Shown piece by piece: positions 44,234-49,166 of a stretch of DNA of 49,166 nt. Each line of letters opens with the position of its first letter. Position 1 is the first letter of the stretch. A program made the translations under genes and the position numbers. The stretch is from a virus (Duplodnaviria; Heunggongvirae; Uroviricota; Caudoviricetes): IMG/VR virus record IMGVR_UViG_3300018080_000120, one strand, 5' to 3'. The notes below the pieces were generated by a model. It searched no databases, had not been told where the DNA came from, and worked only from the letters and a program-made list of their open reading frames with translations.

Positions 44234-44290
44234 TCCAAATGCCTGGGAGGGGGGGGGAAATCCCCCTCAAACTTCCAAAAGGAGATAAAC

Positions 44291-44791
44291 ATGCCAAAGG
44301 TCTTAAAAATCAGGAAATATCCAGACCCCATTCTTCTTGAGAAAGCAGAAGCGGTCGGGGAAATAACCCCTGAAATCCGAATTCTCATATTGAATATGCT
44401 GGAAACCATGGATCATTATAACGGACTCGGTTTGGCAGCCCCTCAAGTTGGCGTTTCCAAAAGAATTATCGTCTTTCGAGACTATAATGGACAAAAAACC
44501 GAATTGGTTAATCCAGTGATAACCAATGCAATAGGTGAGGAATGGCAAGAAGAATCCTGTCTCAGTATTCCTGGATTTTCAGGTTTTGCAAGACGCCATG
44601 CCATCATCTATGTAGTGGGAATGGACATGAATGGTTTTGAACGACAATATGATTCAGTGGGTTTGAACACAGCAGCTCAAGCTATTCAGCACGAAATTGA
44701 CCATTTGGATGGAATTCTTTTTGTTGACCGTCTAAATCGTCACAGCAGAAGAGCTTGGGCAAAATTCTCCAAAAAGAGGGGGTGGAAATAA
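44291..44791 (+). CDS. def: Peptide deformylase
   Basis: GLGLAAPQVG, ESCLS, QHEIDHLDG. Confidence 0.95.
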   Translation: MPKVLKIRKYPDPILLEKAEAVGEITPEIRILILNMLETMDHYNGLGLAAPQVGVSKRIIVFRDYNGQKTELVNPVITNAIGEEWQEESCLSIPGFSGFARRHAIIYVVGMDMNGFERQYDSVGLNTAAQAIQHEIDHLDGILFVDRLNRHSRRAWAKFSKKRGWK

Positions 44792-44792
44792 A

Positions 44793-44927
44793 ATGGCAAG
44801 ACGTTTACCAACAGTTAAAATAAATGGAAAAACCTACTACGTGGATACTCGATTGCGTCAATATCGCAATGTAGAAAATCCACATGATTTCATCGATATG
44901 GATGAAGAGGAAGGTAAAAATGGATAA
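44793..44927 (+). CDS. 44-aa protein (not in track)
   Basis: MARRLPTVKINGKTYYVDTRLRQYRNVENPHDFID. Confidence 0.6.
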   Translation: MARRLPTVKINGKTYYVDTRLRQYRNVENPHDFIDMDEEEGKNG

Positions 44928-45360
44928 AGGTTTAAAAACATCTAATATTTGCCATCGGGAATTGCAAAAAAGAAATGCAGATGAAATCATGGTCTTTACA
45001 GTTCTGAGTAAACTCTTCAAATACACTTTCAGAATTGCAAAGATATACAATGCCAAAATCAATGCATTACAGATATGGATGCGATATAAAAAAGGAAGAG
45101 TTTTCTATCTTGGATATCTCAAAGAGAAACATGTCCTACATTTGACTGACAACAGCGAGCTTCCAGCTGGTCATCTGGCTTATGACATTTTCTCAACCAC
45201 ATTGAGTATATTGAGAAACAACAAACCAATTCCCGAGGGATTAGAGATATATCCCAGCTGTTTTCGATGCACGAGAAGATTAACCAGACCTGAAGATATT
45301 GCACGAGGATTTGGGCCTGAATGTGCCAAATACATGGACAAATATGGTCAAACGTGGTAA
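44920..45360 (+). CDS. DUF6011-domain protein
   Basis: CFRCTRRLTRPEDIARGFGPECAK. Confidence 0.7.
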   Translation: MDKGLKTSNICHRELQKRNADEIMVFTVLSKLFKYTFRIAKIYNAKINALQIWMRYKKGRVFYLGYLKEKHVLHLTDNSELPAGHLAYDIFSTTLSILRNNKPIPEGLEIYPSCFRCTRRLTRPEDIARGFGPECAKYMDKYGQTW

Positions 45361-45374
45361 GGAGGTGATGATGC

Positions 45375-45611
45375 ATGCTAAAGAAAATCATTGGTGAAAT
45401 AGAACATTATATCCATCCGATGCATATATGGTGTAAATTATGTGGTTGGATGGGAGAACAAGCCGCAAAGCGTGTATGTATTCAATATGAATATATATAC
45501 GAAAAGACCATTCGAAAGGTCTTTAAACTTATGATTAAACATTTATGCAAGGAGGTGAAAATATCATGTGTGGATACCCAGGCGAAGAATTCTGCGACGA
45601 ATGCTTCGTAA
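45375..45611 (+). CDS. Hypothetical protein
   Basis: RBS AAGGAGGTG; HP.H.WC.LC. Confidence 0.5.
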   Translation: MLKKIIGEIEHYIHPMHIWCKLCGWMGEQAAKRVCIQYEYIYEKTIRKVFKLMIKHLCKEVKISCVDTQAKNSATNAS

Positions 45612-45817
45612 GAATTACAGAAGGAGATACAGATAACAATTGGCCATGTCCCGAATGTAGAGAGAGATTAAGTCATATTTGTCCCCGCTGCGAGCGACAT
45701 CTCGATGAGGCTCTGCCTGAGGATGAACATGGCGATCTGGAACTCTGTGAATTCTGTAAAGAGGAGCTCGGCGGGGAAAATGCGGAACCTGTGGGATATG
45801 GGACGCAAATCCAATAA
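45566..45817 (+). CDS. Acidic Zn-finger protein
   Basis: Four CxxC pairs. Confidence 0.6.
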   Translation: MCGYPGEEFCDECFVRITEGDTDNNWPCPECRERLSHICPRCERHLDEALPEDEHGDLELCEFCKEELGGENAEPVGYGTQIQ

Positions 45818-45947
45818 GGCTCTACGCCGAAAGAAAAATAAAGGACAGCATCAAAGAAGGCGTACCACGAGAGGTCATAGGTTGATCTCCAAGTTTAAGA
45901 AGTATAAGTGGTACAATGGCAAAGACTCTAAATCAGAGGAGGTGTAA
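45798..45947 (+). CDS. 49-aa very basic protein
   Basis: MGRKSNKALRRKKNK... Confidence 0.4.
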   Translation: MGRKSNKALRRKKNKGQHQRRRTTRGHRLISKFKKYKWYNGKDSKSEEV

Positions 45948-45950
45948 TTC

Positions 45951-46202
45951 ATGGACATGCATTCACCAGGACCTAGTAAAGGGGACGAATTCTATTTGGT
46001 GGAAACTAATGAAGGAACAGATTCGAAAGTTATACTGGAAGATTTCAGAACTGAAGATGGGGTAAAGGGTTTTCTCAAACTTTCATTTAAGGCTGCGTTT
46101 CCTCAAATAAGAAACATCTATAAGGTGAAGGTAATTGAAGAAATGATGCCAGAAATACCTGAAATTGAACTTAAATCAATAAAGGAGGTGACAAAAGAAT
46201 AA
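45951..46202 (+). CDS. Hypothetical protein
   Basis: RBS GGAGGTG. Confidence 0.55.
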   Translation: MDMHSPGPSKGDEFYLVETNEGTDSKVILEDFRTEDGVKGFLKLSFKAAFPQIRNIYKVKVIEEMMPEIPEIELKSIKEVTKE

Positions 46203-46582
46203 TGAGAGCGACTTGCACATGGGGTGACGGTCCTGACGTTATATTGACAATAGATGGCGAAAGATTCATTCTCTACGAAGATCCACAGCACATTGAACCA
46301 ACAAAGGGTGACTTCAAACATGGTTTTGTAAGAAAAGGGTCAACGGATCTCACCGCAGACGAGGCCGAGGCACTTGGACATCAGCTCATCAATGCTGCTG
46401 CCCAAGCGCGTGGTTTAGACAAACTGTGTGAGGATCATGATAAACAGGCCGTGTTGGATGAACTGGAACGGCCACCAATTCCCAAAGAAGATTTGACCTG
46501 TCATACGTGCAAAGATAAAGATATCTGTAGATATGCGTATGACCATTACAATACAAACGGCGATTGCCTGGCCATGAAATAA
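46202..46582 (+). CDS. Hypothetical protein with C-terminal CxxC...C...C
   Basis: TAATG coupling. Confidence 0.6.
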   Translation: MRATCTWGDGPDVILTIDGERFILYEDPQHIEPTKGDFKHGFVRKGSTDLTADEAEALGHQLINAAAQARGLDKLCEDHDKQAVLDELERPPIPKEDLTCHTCKDKDICRYAYDHYNTNGDCLAMK

Positions 46583-46592
46583 GGAGGTGTAA

Positions 46593-46805
46593 ATGGACTT
46601 TAAAGTATTTCAACGGGACACCCATCACTGGGATATATATACTATTACCACTATTGATGGTTCTCCTTACAGCAAACGTAAATTCAAAATAAGAGGAGAG
46701 CCAGGTACCATCGTGTTAATAAGAGCGGAAGACTCATTCACATTAAGCTTCAAAACACCCATCGCCGCAATGAGTTACGTCTGTGACTATCTGATGGGTA
46801 TATAA
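46593..46805 (+). CDS. Hypothetical protein
   Basis: RBS AAGGAGGT. Confidence 0.55.
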   Translation: MDFKVFQRDTHHWDIYTITTIDGSPYSKRKFKIRGEPGTIVLIRAEDSFTLSFKTPIAAMSYVCDYLMGI

Positions 46806-46838
46806 TAAGTCATTAACATCTATTTGGAGGATCTATCT

Positions 46839-47555
46839 ATGTATAAAACTATGATTATTGGCAATCTCGGTCACAACAATAAATATTTCGACAGCACATG
46901 TTCACAGTGCGGCGGCATCTATGATTCCATGAAAACAAGAGTATGTGAGAAATGCGGTCAGGCTCTCATTCCCATCACCAACAGCCAGGGCCGTAAGATG
47001 GCAATCTCTGAAGGCAGCATCTATCCTGCACTCTCCAAGGAGATGAAGGAAAATCAGGCGAAAGCCACTGATGATTGCCCTAACGGCATGCCGATTGTGC
47101 ATCGCTTTGCGCTTTTCAGCTTTGCTGGTGAAGATGACATCGTTCCTGAGCACCCGCTTCACAAGTATCTTACCAGCGGCCGGCAGATTCAGCTTGAAGT
47201 GAATCACGAGCCTGTCGCAAAGTCCTTTACAAATAAGGACGGCAGACTGTGCTGTGAATTCCGGTATGCCATCATTACGAGTCATCCTTATAATGACAAG
47301 GTTACCCTTCTTGGCCGGAAGACTGATGAGGTCAATGCCAGAACTTCTTCCCCCGCGCAATCTGCGGCTGCTGCTAATCCGCATGCTGATACAATTACGG
47401 AGTTGAAAGCTCAAATCGAGCGCATGGAACGGCATTTGGGCATGGAGCAGCCCCAGTCACCGGCGGAGGAACCAGCAACAATCAATGAACCTGAAATTCC
47501 AAGCGAGCCCGTTCAGTGCGAATTCTTCGACACTACTGGTTCTGCAATAGTATAA
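46839..47555 (+). CDS. SSB-like OB-fold protein with inserted zinc ribbon
   Basis: MIIGNLG, KYLTSGRQIQLE, SFTNKDG, KVTLLG, Pro/Glu-rich tail; insert CSQC...CEKC. Confidence 0.6.
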   Translation: MYKTMIIGNLGHNNKYFDSTCSQCGGIYDSMKTRVCEKCGQALIPITNSQGRKMAISEGSIYPALSKEMKENQAKATDDCPNGMPIVHRFALFSFAGEDDIVPEHPLHKYLTSGRQIQLEVNHEPVAKSFTNKDGRLCCEFRYAIITSHPYNDKVTLLGRKTDEVNARTSSPAQSAAAANPHADTITELKAQIERMERHLGMEQPQSPAEEPATINEPEIPSEPVQCEFFDTTGSAIV

Positions 47556-47604
47556 TCCAACAGACAATCCACATCCTGTCCGGGGCGGCTCATACCCGGG
47601 CAAG

Positions 47605-47802
47605 ATGTGGTATCCGGGGGTTGCTTCTATGAAAATGGTCGGTATCCAATGGACGCCTCATGTCAATATGATGCGCATCGAATGTCAGTGTGGTCAATCC
47701 TTCTTCGCTCGAATAGACCGCTGGAAAACCCAGTGTCCACGCTGCCATCGAGTAGAAAGCACCGTCAAACTAAGGAACGAGTTCGTAGGAATCCGGAAAT
47801 AA
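47605..47802 (+). CDS. Zinc-ribbon protein
   Basis: CQCG...CPRC. Confidence 0.55.
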   Translation: MWYPGVASMKMVGIQWTPHVNMMRIECQCGQSFFARIDRWKTQCPRCHRVESTVKLRNEFVGIRK

Positions 47803-47877
47803 CCTGCGATCCGCTATCTCTCACCCGGGCAAGATGTGGTAACCGCATTGGCTCAGCCCGAATTTACGGAGGTATTT

Positions 47878-48153
47878 ATGAAACATTTTATAATATCAGT
47901 ACTATTAATTCTGTTGATGCTGTCGTTCATCGCAATTTTAAAAGCTGATGAACCACAAGACTATCCACCTGAAGACCTCGTCTACGTCACCCAAATCGGC
48001 CTATTCAAAGAAATCATCATCATACCGAAAGGAAGCCTCAATCCCGAACACCGAGGCAAAATATGGCAGACCAAGAAGCAATGGGAAGCCGAATGGAAAC
48101 AAGCCTTGGAATGGAGAGATGAAATCCTAAAAGAAAAGGAGGAAAGTCAATGA
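47878..48153 (+). CDS. Secreted protein
   Basis: Signal peptide MKHFIISVLLILLM; IPKG.LN.E...W.T. Confidence 0.65.
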   Translation: MKHFIISVLLILLMLSFIAILKADEPQDYPPEDLVYVTQIGLFKEIIIIPKGSLNPEHRGKIWQTKKQWEAEWKQALEWRDEILKEKEESQ

Positions 48154-48494
48154 AAAGATACTTATTGTTATTTATTATATTGTTGTTATCCGGATTACTC
48201 GGCGCATGTTCATCCCTGCCGACGATTCCAGTTCCTACCGTCAGCTTCAGCCAGCCAGACAGCCCGCCCGACAACGTGGTTTTCTGGGTTGTTCTACCCG
48301 ACGAACACGCGGTCACTCTTGCAGTCATTCCAAAAGGCCACTTCAACGAAGAAAATCACTACAAAGGATGGCTTACGATCGATGAATTCCGGGAAGCCAT
48401 GAAGAAATACTGGGCATGGAGAGCGCAGCAAGACGACGAGGACACAAGACAACTTTACATAGGAGGGAAGAAATATGAAAATCCGAATCAATAA
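48150..48494 (+). CDS. Lipoprotein, paralog of 47878..48153
   Basis: Lipobox LLGA-C; IPKG.FN.E...W.T. Confidence 0.7.
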   Translation: MKRYLLLFIILLLSGLLGACSSLPTIPVPTVSFSQPDSPPDNVVFWVVLPDEHAVTLAVIPKGHFNEENHYKGWLTIDEFREAMKKYWAWRAQQDDEDTRQLYIGGKKYENPNQ

Positions 48495-49166
48495 AGAACC
48501 ACCTTTGCCACTCGTTAGAATAGTGGACGAAGAGGCAAAGGGCATATCCACAATCGAAACGGTTCTGTTCGATACGTTCTATACCGAAGAATGTGTGCCA
48601 GCAGGCTTCTGCCCAAAAGAAGGGTTGATTCTCATTGACCTCGGGCATTGCCTGATGAGCCCATATTTCCTCCAGCAGGGCATGATGATGTATCCGGGCA
48701 TTTGGTTCAATATGCTTTGGTCTCTTCATCATGAGATATTTCATGCGAAGCAATTGGAAGCTGACCCATCCTTGATAGAATGGGAAGGATTGCCACCCGT
48801 GCTGGAAGGTGAAGCGGAGCAATATGCAGCCATAAAGGTAATGGGATGGTGCAATAATGGCGGCTGGATTCCAGGCATCGAGGAAATGGGCTGGTGCGGC
48901 GAGCAATTCAAGGCACTCATTAATGCTCACTATCATGATGAGTTCGGCGATAAACTGATTCGGCAAATGAATGCGATAGGAATGGGTGGCATTGCAGAAC
49001 TTCGAGACGTGGTGGCTTTGAAAGACATGTCGATAGACCGATATGAAACACTGGTCAAGAGCGCAATGACAGACGAAATTGGCATAGTCGATCATAAGAA
49101 CCATGAAATCTACTTGAGGCCAGCCGAATTCTTCGGATCCAGTTTCTGCTGCATGGGTAGAGACGG
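48475..49166 (+). CDS. HExxH zinc-metallopeptidase-like protein (partial, not in track)
   Basis: Open from ATG 48475 to the window end; HHEIFHA and downstream EGEAE. Confidence 0.6.
   Translation, partial: MKIRINKEPPLPLVRIVDEEAKGISTIETVLFDTFYTEECVPAGFCPKEGLILIDLGHCLMSPYFLQQGMMMYPGIWFNMLWSLHHEIFHAKQLEADPSLIEWEGLPPVLEGEAEQYAAIKVMGWCNNGGWIPGIEEMGWCGEQFKALINAHYHDEFGDKLIRQMNAIGMGGIAELRDVVALKDMSIDRYETLVKSAMTDEIGIVDHKNHEIYLRPAEFFGSSFCCMGRD

Noticed and set aside
46902-49104. Long antisense ORFs (46902..47435, 48373..49104) and the many short plus-strand ORFs over 1-39 kb, e.g. 22795..23265
   Set aside because: They are shadows of well-supported genes on the opposite strand and have no RBS or motifs.
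1-49166. Genome-wide TAG-to-Gln recoding (code 15)
   Set aside because: Long genes are intact under code 11. TAG ends at least 12 genes (2435, 3897, 4157, 29432, 30397, 35496, 35719, 37085, 37182, 39289, 41891, 42432), usually overlapping the next RBS or start.
1-49166. CRISPR array, diversity-generating retroelement, integrase or IS element
   Set aside because: I saw no regularly spaced repeat-spacer series, no reverse transcriptase or A-specific TR/VR pair, and no recombinase or transposase motifs.

Overview
A 49-kb segment of a large, AT-rich, tailed dsDNA phage genome that mostly uses the standard genetic code. From 1 to about 39.5 kb all credible genes are on the minus strand. These are a portal fragment, terminase, a NusG paralog, nucleotide-metabolism genes, three free-standing homing endonucleases, Csp, an M15 endolysin, an actin-like ATPase, ClpP, a block of modular fibre/virion proteins, a winged-helix initiator-like gene followed by GATC-containing palindromic repeats, four tRNAs, an ornithine-cyclodeaminase/aminotransferase operon and many small Zn-ribbon proteins. 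From about 39.7 kb to the end, genes switch to the plus strand and look like an early region: microproteins, intergenic hairpins, peptide deformylase and an SSB-like protein. A seven-copy promoter, CTAGCA-N17-TATAAT, drives the minus arm. The most unusual signal is an amber-suppressor tRNA (anticodon CUA) nested inside a CDS, in a genome where TAG is still an ordinary stop. It is accompanied by a small Cys-rich gene interrupted by one TAG, a double-amber mini-ORF, and an amber-terminated leader peptide inside an RBS-sequestering hairpin. Together these suggest, but do not prove, conditional amber read-through. All family assignments come from motif recognition by eye, not database searches.
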